NCBI GenBank assembly: GCA_041650915.1 | Contig: JBAZKE010000001.1 | Span: 611,097-675,096 of the forward strand | Length of the DNA: 64,000 bases | Reading direction: 5' to 3' | Source: Patescibacteria group bacterium | Lineage (GTDB): Bacteria; Patescibacteriota; Patescibacteriia; UBA10025; JAHIVO01 | Part shown: positions 49,691 through 60,094 of the stretch, piece after piece | Position numbering within the stretch: position 1 is the first letter of the stretch | Layout of the letters: each line of letters starts with the position of its first letter | The notes under the pieces: generated by a model | What the model was told of the DNA's origin: nothing | Database searches by the model: none | What the model saw: only the letters and a program-made list of their open reading frames with translations | Position numbers and translations under genes: made by a program

Positions 49691-51175
49691 ATGGCAGAAA
49701 CAGCTAACACAAAAAAATTTACTGCAGATGTTGGAATTCGCTTCATTGCGCAGATTTTGTTAAAACTGCGAGCACTGGTATTTCTACCAATCATTTCAAA
49801 AAAATTAGGAGCGGAAGAATATGGCATTTGGACACAAATTACTCTGACCATATCACTTTTGGTCCCGATTTTTATGCTTCGTCTAGAAACTGCATGCATC
49901 CGGTTTTTAAATTCACAAAAGGATAAAGCGAACATTAAGAATATTTTCTTTTCGTCTTTGTTTTTGATTTGGCTCCTCTCTGCAGTTATTTCAATTATTG
50001 TAATTCTTTTTAAAAACACAGTATCCTTTGTTCTATTTGGTGAGGATAAAAGTTCCAATTTAATATTACTATTCGTTATACTAGTTTTGGCTCAAGTTAC
50101 TTTTCAATTTGTTTTAAATTATTACAGAGCATTTAATAAAATTAAACAATATTCCTCAATTGAAGTAATTACTTCTTTTTTTGAATTGTTTGGTATTATT
50201 ATTCTTATTGTATTTTTTAATACGGGAATTCGGAGCGCTTTAATTGTTATGATTACAGTTGAACTTATAACATCATTCTTTATAATCGTAAATATATTTA
50301 AAGAACTGGGCTTCACTTTTGAAATTAACGTTCGTAAATACGTAATACCACTTTTTAAATTCAGTTACCCTCTTATTCTCACCGGTTTAACGTTTTGGAT
50401 AATTAATATGAGCGATAGATTCATGATTGTGCATCTTATTGATGTTCAAAATGCTGGATTCTATACTGCTTCTTATAATCTTGCCGGACTAATTATGTTT
50501 TTCCTCACGCCAATTTCATTTACTTTATTCCCGGTCATTTCTCAATTATGGGAAGAAAAACGCATTGCATCGGTTACATTGTATATGGAAAAATCTTTAA
50601 AATTTTTTTTACTAATAAGCATTCCACTCGTTGTTATTATTTCCTATTACTCTCAAAAATTATTGGTGGTTCTCGCAACTGAGGAATTTATTACGTCAAG
50701 ATTACTCATTTTTCTTATAGCAGCGGGTTATCTTTCAATCGGTGTATATCAAATTTTTGCATATATTTTTCATCTTAAAAATAAAACAAATAAAGCCATC
50801 CCTCTCTTTATCTTTGTTTCAATACTGAATATTGTATTAAACTTTATATTAATCCCAAAACTTGAGATACTAGGAGCAGCATTGTCGACTTTTATCTCAT
50901 ATCTTATTTTAATGCTATTGGTTATTATTATTACCAAAAAATGGCTTATCATTAGAATTCCGTATATTGAAATTTTAAAATATATAGTTTCCGCATTAGT
51001 ATTGCTTGGTCTATTAATGTTTTTTAAATCTACACATCTTGGTACGATCATTCTGGCTTCCACTATCGGCCTTATTGTATATAGTTTACTAGTTTATATT
51101 TTAAAGGGAGTCGACAAAAAAGAAATCGAATTCCTTAAAACCTTTTTTAATAAATCCAATACAAGCAATATTTAA
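49691..51175 (+). CDS. wzx: Wzx/MOP flippase with C-terminal extension (about 14 TM)
   Basis: LGAEEYG, SDRFMI...AGFYTASY, LNIVLNFILIPKLEILGAALST. Confidence 0.9.
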   Translation: MAETANTKKFTADVGIRFIAQILLKLRALVFLPIISKKLGAEEYGIWTQITLTISLLVPIFMLRLETACIRFLNSQKDKANIKNIFFSSLFLIWLLSAVISIIVILFKNTVSFVLFGEDKSSNLILLFVILVLAQVTFQFVLNYYRAFNKIKQYSSIEVITSFFELFGIIILIVFFNTGIRSALIVMITVELITSFFIIVNIFKELGFTFEINVRKYVIPLFKFSYPLILTGLTFWIINMSDRFMIVHLIDVQNAGFYTASYNLAGLIMFFLTPISFTLFPVISQLWEEKRIASVTLYMEKSLKFFLLISIPLVVIISYYSQKLLVVLATEEFITSRLLIFLIAAGYLSIGVYQIFAYIFHLKNKTNKAIPLFIFVSILNIVLNFILIPKLEILGAALSTFISYLILMLLVIIITKKWLIIRIPYIEILKYIVSALVLLGLLMFFKSTHLGTIILASTIGLIVYSLLVYILKGVDKKEIEFLKTFFNKSNTSNI

Positions 51176-51193
51176 CATTAAACGATTTAAACC

Positions 51194-51898
51194 ATGATAA
51201 CAAAAATCAGCGATAAGTATTTTGAAACGCTGGGCGAACCAAAACCAATTGCAGGTTTTCCAAGTGCAATTGATAAATATCGATTTTACTTCATTGCAAA
51301 ACTTGTCATTGGTAACAGCGTACTTGATATAGGTGCCTATTTTGGTGATTTTCTCAAAGTATATGCATTAATTAACCCACATGCTGAGTTATTAGCAACC
51401 GATATCAATGAAAAACGGGTTGCTATCATCGACAGATCACTTAATAGGAACGTCGCGCGAGTTGATTTTAAAAATGGAGAATTAAAAACATTCCAGAACA
51501 AATGCGTCGATACGATTGTATGCACCGAAGTTCTAGAACATGTGTACGATAATGAATTTGCGATGACGGAATTGATGAGAGTCGCACGAAAAAGAATAAT
51601 AATTACTGTCCCGTTTAATGAAAAAATTCAGCAACATCTGTGTCTGCACTGTAATCAATACACCCCACCATCAGGACATCTTCATGAATATCAACTGAAT
51701 TCTTTTGACAAATACCAAAACGATAGATGGAAAATATCTTGCGTAAACACTTTTGGCAATCGGGTTTTTAATAATATGATAAATAAAACTGGTCATCGTT
51801 ATATCGCATTGAGCGTCGATGCCGTATTAAAACGAATATTACCATCAAAAAATAGATGGCTATTAATCATACTAGACAATGCTGAATCAATACGATAA
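51194..51898 (+). CDS. Class I SAM-dependent methyltransferase with CxxC...HLH
   Basis: VLDIGAYFG, CTEVLEHV, ITVP, CLHC. Confidence 0.88.
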   Translation: MITKISDKYFETLGEPKPIAGFPSAIDKYRFYFIAKLVIGNSVLDIGAYFGDFLKVYALINPHAELLATDINEKRVAIIDRSLNRNVARVDFKNGELKTFQNKCVDTIVCTEVLEHVYDNEFAMTELMRVARKRIIITVPFNEKIQQHLCLHCNQYTPPSGHLHEYQLNSFDKYQNDRWKISCVNTFGNRVFNNMINKTGHRYIALSVDAVLKRILPSKNRWLLIILDNAESIR

Positions 51899-53084
51899 AG
51901 AACAGAAGGTATGTTGTTTGGTTATTGGTGGCCATGTTAATGGCTATTCAATTATCCAAGATTTGTACGATAGGGGGGTTCATCGCATTTTATTACTTGA
52001 TTTTATAAAACCGATTGCCTCCTACAGTAATAAAATTAAGCAATTTATTCAAATTCCTGAAACTTCTATTGCTTTGCATGAAAAGCTAGTTCAATTAAAT
52101 AAAAAATTTGCGTATATTATTCTTTTTCCTACAGCAGACAATCATATTGAACTTTTACACACATTGCATGAAAAAATTAAGCAATTTTGCTTTATACCAT
52201 TTAATAATGATACGATAGAATCGTATTTGAATAAATCGGTCCAATATGACTATTGTAAAAAACTTGGGATCCCCTACCCAAAGACATTAGTCATTAACTA
52301 CGCATCGGATTTTAATGCTATTGCAACATTGATGTTTCCAGTTTTAATAAAACCTGACAAACGTGATGATATTACAACGAATATCTTTCGTAACCGACTG
52401 ATTAAAAATGCTGATGAATTCAAAAAAGTTACCCCGGAACTAAATACCTTTTTAAGAAAAGGCCATCATTTCATCGCTTCGGAGATGGTGCCCGGTAGCG
52501 GTGATATGGTTTTCGCCTATGTCGGCTATCGTAATAAAAACGGAGAGATTATCAACGAATGGACTGGGAAAAAACTTTCACAGTATCCGAATGATTTTGG
52601 TGTTTTTGCAAGTGCCTCAAACCAATCCCCCGCGATAATCAAAGAACAAGGTCGCCGATTATTGCACGGCATGAATATTTTCGGCATTGCCGAACCTGAG
52701 TTTAAATATGATTACCGCGACCAACACTATAAATTAATGGAAATCAACTTTCGATCAATGATGTGGCACAGAGTGGGTAATCTTTCAGGAATCAATCTTC
52801 AATATACTCAATACTGTGATGCGCTTGGGCGTAAGGTAGAAAAACAAACTCAAAATCAAAACCAACGTATTCATTATATTTTTCTGAATCACGAAATCGA
52901 AAATCTATTTCGACGAAAAGGATATTGCAAAATTTTCAAGACTAACTTATTCGGAGGAGAAAAGACATTTTTAGCGATACATGATTGGCATGATCCAAAA
53001 CCACTCTTGATAAACTATATAAAAATAATTAAATTTATTTTTTTTAATTTTATAAGCTTTTTTTTCCATGCCAAAAACAATTAA
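51879..53084 (+). CDS. ATP-grasp carboxylate-amine ligase (D-aspartate ligase-like)
   Basis: NK..QY....LGIPYPKT, FPVLIKP, EMVPG, KLSQYP, EFKYD.RD..YKLMEINFR. Confidence 0.82.
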   Translation: MLNQYDKEQKVCCLVIGGHVNGYSIIQDLYDRGVHRILLLDFIKPIASYSNKIKQFIQIPETSIALHEKLVQLNKKFAYIILFPTADNHIELLHTLHEKIKQFCFIPFNNDTIESYLNKSVQYDYCKKLGIPYPKTLVINYASDFNAIATLMFPVLIKPDKRDDITTNIFRNRLIKNADEFKKVTPELNTFLRKGHHFIASEMVPGSGDMVFAYVGYRNKNGEIINEWTGKKLSQYPNDFGVFASASNQSPAIIKEQGRRLLHGMNIFGIAEPEFKYDYRDQHYKLMEINFRSMMWHRVGNLSGINLQYTQYCDALGRKVEKQTQNQNQRIHYIFLNHEIENLFRRKGYCKIFKTNLFGGEKTFLAIHDWHDPKPLLINYIKIIKFIFFNFISFFFHAKNN

Positions 53085-53559
53085 AAACCGAATCCAAATG
53101 ATTGTGAAAAAAAGTTTACTAAAGAAAAAAGGAGTGATTATTCACCATAATTGTTTTTTCACGAAGATTAAATTTCAAGGTTCTGCCATGATTGAACCAT
53201 ATTGTCGATTTATTGGTGATCCAATAATTATTATTGGCAAGCATTTTTACTGCAATGCATTCTGCCATTTTTTGGGAAATATTACTATTGGAAATGACGT
53301 AAATATTGGTCCACAAACAGTAATATGGGGAAGAGACCACGGCATCGCAAAAAACCAATTAATGCGTACACAACCCCATAGTAAACAAAAAATTACAATT
53401 GGCGATGATGTTTGGATTGGAGCCCACGTCACGATACTAAAAGGCGTTACAATTAGCACTGGCGCTGTGATAGGAGCCGGAAGCGTCGTTACTAAAGATA
53501 TCCCTCCTTTTGGGATTGCCATCGGTAATCCTGCGCATGTCATTAAATTTCGGTCATAA
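53068..53559 (+). CDS. LbH sugar O-acyltransferase
   Basis: IGDDVWIGAHVTILKGVTISTGAVIGAGSVVTKD...GNPA. Confidence 0.9.
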   Translation: MPKTIKNRIQMIVKKSLLKKKGVIIHHNCFFTKIKFQGSAMIEPYCRFIGDPIIIIGKHFYCNAFCHFLGNITIGNDVNIGPQTVIWGRDHGIAKNQLMRTQPHSKQKITIGDDVWIGAHVTILKGVTISTGAVIGAGSVVTKDIPPFGIAIGNPAHVIKFRS

Positions 53560-53569
53560 CTGACAAGTC

Positions 53570-55009
53570 ATGCCCCTTCTTCTAACTTATCAAAATTCCA
53601 ATTTTCGACACCACATTGAGTATTCATTGACTGCTTTATTCCGCTTGATATTCCAGGATTTTTTAGTGATTCCTTATGAACAACTCAAATCAACAGCATT
53701 GTCGACCGATACGCTGATCATTTCCTATGGTAAAAATAAACCAACATGCATAAGTAAATTCAATATTCATATTTATGAATCGATTTTATTTTCAGAGCAA
53801 TACCTCCACCTGACTTCACTGCCACAAAAACCACTAACACTTAATACTGGTATTCCAATCCTCTACCATGCTTCCCAACAAATCACTGGCAATATTAAAA
53901 AAGATAAGCATTCATTAGAGACATCATTCGACCTTGTCGCGTCAGTTTTTTTCATGCTATCACAGTACGAAGAAGTTATTAGTCCCCATTTCGATCAACA
54001 CGGAAGAATTTCTGCACATAGCAGCCTTGCCTATCGAGAACATTTCTTAGCTCGTCCGATTGTAAATGAATATGCACTGCTTATAAAACAGTGGATAATT
54101 GACATTGGATTCCCCATTTCTAGTCTGCTCCAACCAAATAATCGTTTTAACGTATGTCTGACGCATGATATAGACCAGTTGAGTAAATATCCTCTTATCC
54201 GTTCTGTCACGAAGGCTGCATCATTGCTCGTTCGTGGACAGAAAAACCAATTTACTGAATACAGCACACAACTTTGGAATGTGCTTGCTAAAAAGAAATT
54301 GGACCCATATAAAAATATTAAAACAATTCTATCGCTGGAAAAAGAGTACGGCGTGAGATCGACGTTTCTTTTCTTAGTTAACAATGAATACAATAACAAG
54401 TTCAACTACGATATTTCTTCACCGTACGTGCGGCAACAAATAAGCTCCCTACTTTCCACAAATAATGAAATTGCCCTGCATGGAAGCCCGAAAGCATCAA
54501 GGGAATCAAGCGTGCTTCTTCATCAAAAAATAAAGCTTGAACAAATTGTTGGCCGGAAAACTACTTCGAACAGATACCATTTTTTACAATTTAATCCAAC
54601 AATCACGCCTGGCATACTTGAAAAAGCAAAAATAGAGATTGATTCAACCGTTGGCTATTTTGACCACGAGGGTTTTCGTGCAGGAATTTGTACTCCGTAC
54701 TACCTATTCGACCTCGGCCGAGGACAAGCCACAAGCGTGCTCGAGGTCCCACTCATCATCATGGATTGCACCCTTGAACGGCCTCAATACCGCGGCTTGT
54801 CTTTACAAGATAGCAAAACAATCAGCCAGCAATATATAAAAACGGTCAGTTCGTATAATGGTTGCTGTTCTATACTCTGGCACAATACATATTTTGTAGA
54901 AGGCGATTTTACTGGGTATACCGACCTCTATCGTGATATCATTTGTATGATTAAAAATCAGCGAGGCAGCACCATAACGTTACGTGAAGCGCACCAGCAA
55001 TATTCATAA
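53570..55009 (+). CDS. Polysaccharide deacetylase-like protein (CE4/NodB fold with N-terminal domain)
   Basis: FFMLSQYEE, RPIVNEY, LTHDID, EIALHGS, RYHFL, GFRAG, ILWHN. Confidence 0.82.
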   Translation: MPLLLTYQNSNFRHHIEYSLTALFRLIFQDFLVIPYEQLKSTALSTDTLIISYGKNKPTCISKFNIHIYESILFSEQYLHLTSLPQKPLTLNTGIPILYHASQQITGNIKKDKHSLETSFDLVASVFFMLSQYEEVISPHFDQHGRISAHSSLAYREHFLARPIVNEYALLIKQWIIDIGFPISSLLQPNNRFNVCLTHDIDQLSKYPLIRSVTKAASLLVRGQKNQFTEYSTQLWNVLAKKKLDPYKNIKTILSLEKEYGVRSTFLFLVNNEYNNKFNYDISSPYVRQQISSLLSTNNEIALHGSPKASRESSVLLHQKIKLEQIVGRKTTSNRYHFLQFNPTITPGILEKAKIEIDSTVGYFDHEGFRAGICTPYYLFDLGRGQATSVLEVPLIIMDCTLERPQYRGLSLQDSKTISQQYIKTVSSYNGCCSILWHNTYFVEGDFTGYTDLYRDIICMIKNQRGSTITLREAHQQYS

Positions 55010-55020
55010 ACGACATTACA

Positions 55021-56310
55021 ATGCATCGTAAAAAAATCCTCATTATAACTCATTCGTACCCCCCTGCAGATGGCGGCGCCGTAATGCGAATGGCAAAACT
55101 TGCCAAGTATTTATCACGGGCTCATTGGCAGCCGATCGTCGTTACGCGAACACCAGGAGCGCCAATACGCGACCATGAAGCGTTCAAGGAAGCAACTGCA
55201 GGAATAAAAGTTTATCGAATCCCTACCGGCATCACGGGTAAAATCAGCTCAGCGATCCAAAAGTCAGCGCACAAACATGACACAGCGCTTAGTCAAGTCG
55301 CCAAATATATTGTGCATCAAATTCGTAAACTGCTCATATCAACGCTCTTATTTCCGGATGAATTTACTGTTTGGAATAAAAGGGTATTTAATGAAATACT
55401 AGCCATTGCACAAACCGAAAAGCCGGATATCGTTCTTTCGAGCGGACCGCCATTTAGCATCCATCTGCTCGGCTTACAATTGCAAATGAAAACAGGCATA
55501 CCGCTCATCGCCGATTTTCGAGATGGCTGGCTTGACAATCCGATATTTGATACTAATTTTTTATTACATATTCGAACGAAATATGCCCAACGCAGCATTA
55601 TCAAGAACGCGCGACTTGTCATATGTGCGACGCAGCACATCCAGCAACAATTACTGCAAAGGAATCCTGGTGAAAAACAAAAAATTTTTTTAGCGACGAA
55701 TGGCTTTGACCCAGAAGATTTTCCTGACGCGGAGAAATCGTATCAAAAAGGTACAGTTCTCCATATCGTATATGCAGGGCATATTGGCACGGCGCGGTAT
55801 CCGGCACCTTTTTTCCGGGCTTTCGCTCATTTTCTCCGCGAGACACCAGAAGCCCACAATACAGTATTCATCGATATTTACGGAACGGTATGCAGCCAGC
55901 GGAACACCATAAAAAAAATCTTGCCCCGAAACGTTGTTGAACATGGATATTTGCCGCACAGGGAAATGATTCAAACAGCATGCAAGAGCGACGTGCTTTT
56001 GGTGCTCTTTTATAAGAATGAGGATCCTCGAGCCGCATTTACCGGGAAGCTAACTGAATGTTTCGCGGCGGTGAGGCCCATTCTTGCACTGATCGATTCC
56101 GGCCCGGTAGCTGATATTATCAACCAATACCAGATTGGCTACGTAGTCGATCAAAACGACGAAAATGCACTCCGAGACGTTCTCCATAAATTATACGGCA
56201 GATGGCGTTCAGATGATTTGCATATACAAAAACATCCCGATCTTATTGACCGTTTCAACAGAAAAAAAATATTCGAACAATTAGAAAAAAAACTTCAAGC
56301 AATAGTATAG
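55021..56310 (+). CDS. GT4-like glycosyltransferase
   Basis: YPP..GG.V.R, SGPPFS, ADFRDGW, TNGFD, TGKLTE. Confidence 0.88.
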   Translation: MHRKKILIITHSYPPADGGAVMRMAKLAKYLSRAHWQPIVVTRTPGAPIRDHEAFKEATAGIKVYRIPTGITGKISSAIQKSAHKHDTALSQVAKYIVHQIRKLLISTLLFPDEFTVWNKRVFNEILAIAQTEKPDIVLSSGPPFSIHLLGLQLQMKTGIPLIADFRDGWLDNPIFDTNFLLHIRTKYAQRSIIKNARLVICATQHIQQQLLQRNPGEKQKIFLATNGFDPEDFPDAEKSYQKGTVLHIVYAGHIGTARYPAPFFRAFAHFLRETPEAHNTVFIDIYGTVCSQRNTIKKILPRNVVEHGYLPHREMIQTACKSDVLLVLFYKNEDPRAAFTGKLTECFAAVRPILALIDSGPVADIINQYQIGYVVDQNDENALRDVLHKLYGRWRSDDLHIQKHPDLIDRFNRKKIFEQLEKKLQAIV

Positions 56311-56321
56311 AAAGAGAGCAT

Positions 56322-57233
56322 ATGCGCTTTGATACCGCACCAGCGAGAGTTTCAATCATAATACTCAATTGGAATGGCCTTGATGATACCATAGAATGCT
56401 TGGAGTCCCTGAAAAAAATTGATTACCCGAACTACAGCATCAGTGTAGCAGACAACGGTTCAGAACACGGAGATGCCGATCTGCTTAAAAAAAAATATGG
56501 CAATTTCATTCGAGTTATTGAGTATAAAACAAACCTCGGTTTTGCTGAAGGTAATAATAGAGCTATAACAATACTGCTCGGCGAGGGCCAAAGTGATTTT
56601 ATACTTCTCCTGAACAACGATACAGTCGTCAGAGGTGATTTTCTTTCGAAACTGGTTGACGTAGCTCTTCGTAATGAAACGATAGGAATTATCGGCTCAA
56701 AAAATTACTTCTACACACCCGAAAGGAAAACTAACCGAATTTGGTGTAACGGGGCAAAAATCGCTTGGTGGCAAGGAAGCATTAAGCATTTTCAAAAAGA
56801 AAGGCACGTGCCTGCTGATATGCCTTACTTTGACTCAGAATTTGTTGTCGGCAGTGCTATGCTCATTAGGACTTCAGTTTTTAAAACAGTTGGGTTGCTT
56901 GATCCTTCGTATTTTTGCTACGGTGAAGATGGCGACTTTTGTTTACGTGCTAAAAAACACGGATACCAATCAGTGTATGCGCCAGCGTCCGTTATTTGGC
57001 ACAAAATTAACCAATCATTAACATCTTTTTCCCCAAACTATACGTACCTTGTCACGCGCAATAAATTTTGGCTTATAAAAAGAAACTTTATTTGGTTTAA
57101 ATATGGCGTCTTTGTCATTGTTTTTCTTGCGGTCAAGCAGCCTCTCTGGGTGGCACGCTTTCTCTGGCGGGGAAATTTCCTTCAAATCTTTTATTTTTAC
57201 CGCGGTATTATCGATGGCCTCATGAAAAACTAG
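56322..57233 (+). CDS. GT2 glycosyltransferase (rhamnosyltransferase-like)
   Basis: ILNWNG, DNGS, NLGFAEGNN, LLNND, YFCYGED.D. Confidence 0.92.
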   Translation: MRFDTAPARVSIIILNWNGLDDTIECLESLKKIDYPNYSISVADNGSEHGDADLLKKKYGNFIRVIEYKTNLGFAEGNNRAITILLGEGQSDFILLLNNDTVVRGDFLSKLVDVALRNETIGIIGSKNYFYTPERKTNRIWCNGAKIAWWQGSIKHFQKERHVPADMPYFDSEFVVGSAMLIRTSVFKTVGLLDPSYFCYGEDGDFCLRAKKHGYQSVYAPASVIWHKINQSLTSFSPNYTYLVTRNKFWLIKRNFIWFKYGVFVIVFLAVKQPLWVARFLWRGNFLQIFYFYRGIIDGLMKN

Positions 57234-59162
57234 CTAGTGCCAAATATTTTTTGTTTTGCTATCCACCGTCAAGTTTTCATCATAGTATTGCGAAATAAAC
57301 TCCTGAACGAACTGACCTTCAACTCTATACAAATTAAGGCTGATTTGGGCTGTTGATGACGGAAGAGGAGGGTTGTTCTTGGTGCAGTCTCCCTCAAACT
57401 GAGCGTAGCTGCGAAAAAGGCTTGGGGTAGTGAGATACTTGCGGAGATCGCATGTCGATCCGGCAATTTTCATTATTGACGACGTCATCTTCTCAACAAA
57501 CTCGAGATGACCGTCAAAGTACGGATGTATCGAGTCGCCGGTTAACTCCTTGGTCGATGCCAAATAGACATTGTCGTATTCTTTCATGATGGAAGCGTAT
57601 ATTTCTTTTCCAAAAGCAGGAATCCTGTCGAATGCAACGTTCGTATCGTAGAGAAAAAAGAGCGGCGGCCCAAAATTTTCATACCGGTACCGGTCCCAAA
57701 AAAATACAACATCATTCTCAGTGAAATGTGATGCAATTTTTTCTTCATACTCGAGCATCCCACCACCGTTGGCGGACAGCAGCATTGTTATGCCCGGCAA
57801 CGAAATGATGATAAAGAGAAGCACCGTAATCGTGATAAAGATTTTCCTGGATGCACGGTGCAAGAGGCCGCTTTTGTTCACCAAAAAACATGCGAATAAG
57901 ATAAATGCAAACGTGAAAAATACTGCCCAGTAGCGGCGTACAAACCAGGGAAGATAAAAAGCGATACCCGGGCGCAGTAAAAATGCGAACTGCGGAAGTA
58001 TGAGAAAAAAGACGAGCATGAGTTTCTGCTTCACCACCCTCTCTTCTTGGAAAAAATTGACCACCCCAAGAAAAAATATCATCACAAAAACAGGAGTAAA
58101 CATGTAAAACATGCTGGCAAAAATAAAGACCTGCTGATTGTACGGGACATACTCAGCAGGGCCCCATGCGAGCGACGCTTCGACTTGGTTATCTTTGATG
58201 AAACTGAGCGCAGGATCAAGAAAAGACGGATCAAACTCAAGCAGGCTCAGTAATACCGCCACGCCGAAGAGGACTGGCAAAAGATACTTCCACCAATGCC
58301 GGAAGTTTATTTTTACCGTTTTTCTGAACAAAAAAACAATAACGATCAAACAGTACACGATAATGTATAAAAACGCTTCGAGCCGGACTGTCATGAGCAG
58401 AACAAGCGGTACGAGAGAAAAAACTATCCACCCAAATTGCTTTTTTTGGAAGCCCCGGACAAACGAATAAACGTAAAACCATGTGAATAAAAGCTGGAGG
58501 TTTTCAACAAACGTCGATCGCGAAAAATATAATGTATAGTAATTTAGCAGAAAAAAGATGACCCACAGCACGCCAATTTTCCAGTTCTTGACACGCTTGA
58601 GCAAAAAGTAAATCAGCGAAGTAGAAAAGAAAAGAATAAAGCAATTGGCGACTTTTATGCCACTGATGCCAAAGAGCGAATAGAAGATTGATAAAAATAC
58701 GGCATTCCCGGGAACAAAGTGGTGCCGCAATAAGCCGTTTTCATACGGGAAAAAACCGGGAACCGCATACGCAAAAGGCGTTTCCGCTGGATCAAGCCAC
58801 AGCGAACCGGTCTTGGCAAGCAGTATCCCAGATTCAAGGTACCCCCCTTGATCATGGCCGCCTTCGATGAGATACTCCGAAAAGTAGAATGAGCTGATGG
58901 TACATATCAATAATATAAAACAAATCGTCAAATAGTCTATTCGGTAATTTTTAAATTGGATGGCTTTACGGTTGACTACGATTACAGCGATACTATAGAC
59001 GGCAGCGAGCAGGCAGAGGGCAGGCAGAGCTGCTTGAAAAAACGTGTACGCATCCAAAACGGCGCAGCAGAGTGCAATACTAAAAATTCCGAGGATTATG
59101 ACAATGGACCGGATGAATAAATTTTCTAAAAAATTTTTATTGATATGGAATAACGCACCCAT
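57234..59162 (-). CDS. GT-C fold integral membrane glycosyltransferase
   Basis: GGHDQGGY acidic loop, FSRSTFVE, TVRLE, WFVRRY, many TMs, soluble C-terminal domain. Confidence 0.68.
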   Translation of the reverse strand: MGALFHINKNFLENLFIRSIVIILGIFSIALCCAVLDAYTFFQAALPALCLLAAVYSIAVIVVNRKAIQFKNYRIDYLTICFILLICTISSFYFSEYLIEGGHDQGGYLESGILLAKTGSLWLDPAETPFAYAVPGFFPYENGLLRHHFVPGNAVFLSIFYSLFGISGIKVANCFILFFSTSLIYFLLKRVKNWKIGVLWVIFFLLNYYTLYFSRSTFVENLQLLFTWFYVYSFVRGFQKKQFGWIVFSLVPLVLLMTVRLEAFLYIIVYCLIVIVFLFRKTVKINFRHWWKYLLPVLFGVAVLLSLLEFDPSFLDPALSFIKDNQVEASLAWGPAEYVPYNQQVFIFASMFYMFTPVFVMIFFLGVVNFFQEERVVKQKLMLVFFLILPQFAFLLRPGIAFYLPWFVRRYWAVFFTFAFILFACFLVNKSGLLHRASRKIFITITVLLFIIISLPGITMLLSANGGGMLEYEEKIASHFTENDVVFFWDRYRYENFGPPLFFLYDTNVAFDRIPAFGKEIYASIMKEYDNVYLASTKELTGDSIHPYFDGHLEFVEKMTSSIMKIAGSTCDLRKYLTTPSLFRSYAQFEGDCTKNNPPLPSSTAQISLNLYRVEGQFVQEFISQYYDENLTVDSKTKNIWH

Positions 59163-59167
59163 GATAA

Positions 59168-60094
59168 CTACTTTTTAACTCTTGCTACAGCAATGAGTTC
59201 TGGTCCACGTTTAAATATATTCAGAAGGTATTCTATAGGAATCAGCAACATGCCTGCCGCATTAACGAACCTGTAGAGCACGTAGTTTCTCTTTCGGATC
59301 GATTGTTCCTGGCCATGTGCCGCGGAACTGCGTTTCCCTTTAATAATACCTGCCCTGCAGAGAACTGCAAAGAGCAGTGTGAGCAATAGCGAATGCGCAT
59401 CTCCCCTTCTCGTCTTGATACTGACTACGCCAAAACCGTTTTTTTCAAGTAATAAGCGCAATGTTGCTGGAGAAAAGAAAAAAAGGTGCGCCGGAGGCGA
59501 CATCCACTCCCATACGCCGCGAGAAAATCGTGCCGCGAAACTCGCGATATTTGGCGTCTTAATATACAGTACGCCATTTGCTTCCAACAGCTGCGCAGCG
59601 CGCTGAATGTAACTCGCTGGGTCAACCGTGTGTTCTATGATATGGCGCATCGCCATCACGTCGAATTTCCTTTCAGGCAAGTAGGTGAGCAAATCTGCGC
59701 ATTCGATTTCAACGCCCAGCTTTTGCTGCCCATGGCGGACCGCTTTTTTCGAAAAATCAATTCCTCGAACATGCCACCCTTCTTTTTTTGCAGCAAGGAC
59801 GAAAAGCCCGGAGCCGCAGCCTACGTCCAACATCGCACCTTTTCGAGATGCTGCTTTATCAACTATCCTAATATCACGCCGTTCACTTCTTCCTGTGCGC
59901 ATGCGGTACATGTACGAATAGTCATATGCCGTAGCGTAGTACTCGCCGATTGAATGCTGGTCGGGTTGTGGATTTATTAATACCATTCCACAAGAGCCGC
60001 ACTGAACGACATTATAAACATTTCCAGACCTTGCTGCAAGGTACAGGAAAGCATATTGGTTACTGCCGCATACGGTACACGTAATGTGCTTCAT
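59168..60094 (-). CDS. Class I SAM-dependent methyltransferase with N-terminal Zn ribbon
   Basis: CTVC...CGSC, LDVGCGSG, HIIEH..DP, TPN, PPAHL; start at ATG 60094. Confidence 0.9.
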   Translation of the reverse strand: MKHITCTVCGSNQYAFLYLAARSGNVYNVVQCGSCGMVLINPQPDQHSIGEYYATAYDYSYMYRMRTGRSERRDIRIVDKAASRKGAMLDVGCGSGLFVLAAKKEGWHVRGIDFSKKAVRHGQQKLGVEIECADLLTYLPERKFDVMAMRHIIEHTVDPASYIQRAAQLLEANGVLYIKTPNIASFAARFSRGVWEWMSPPAHLFFFSPATLRLLLEKNGFGVVSIKTRRGDAHSLLLTLLFAVLCRAGIIKGKRSSAAHGQEQSIRKRNYVLYRFVNAAGMLLIPIEYLLNIFKRGPELIAVARVKK

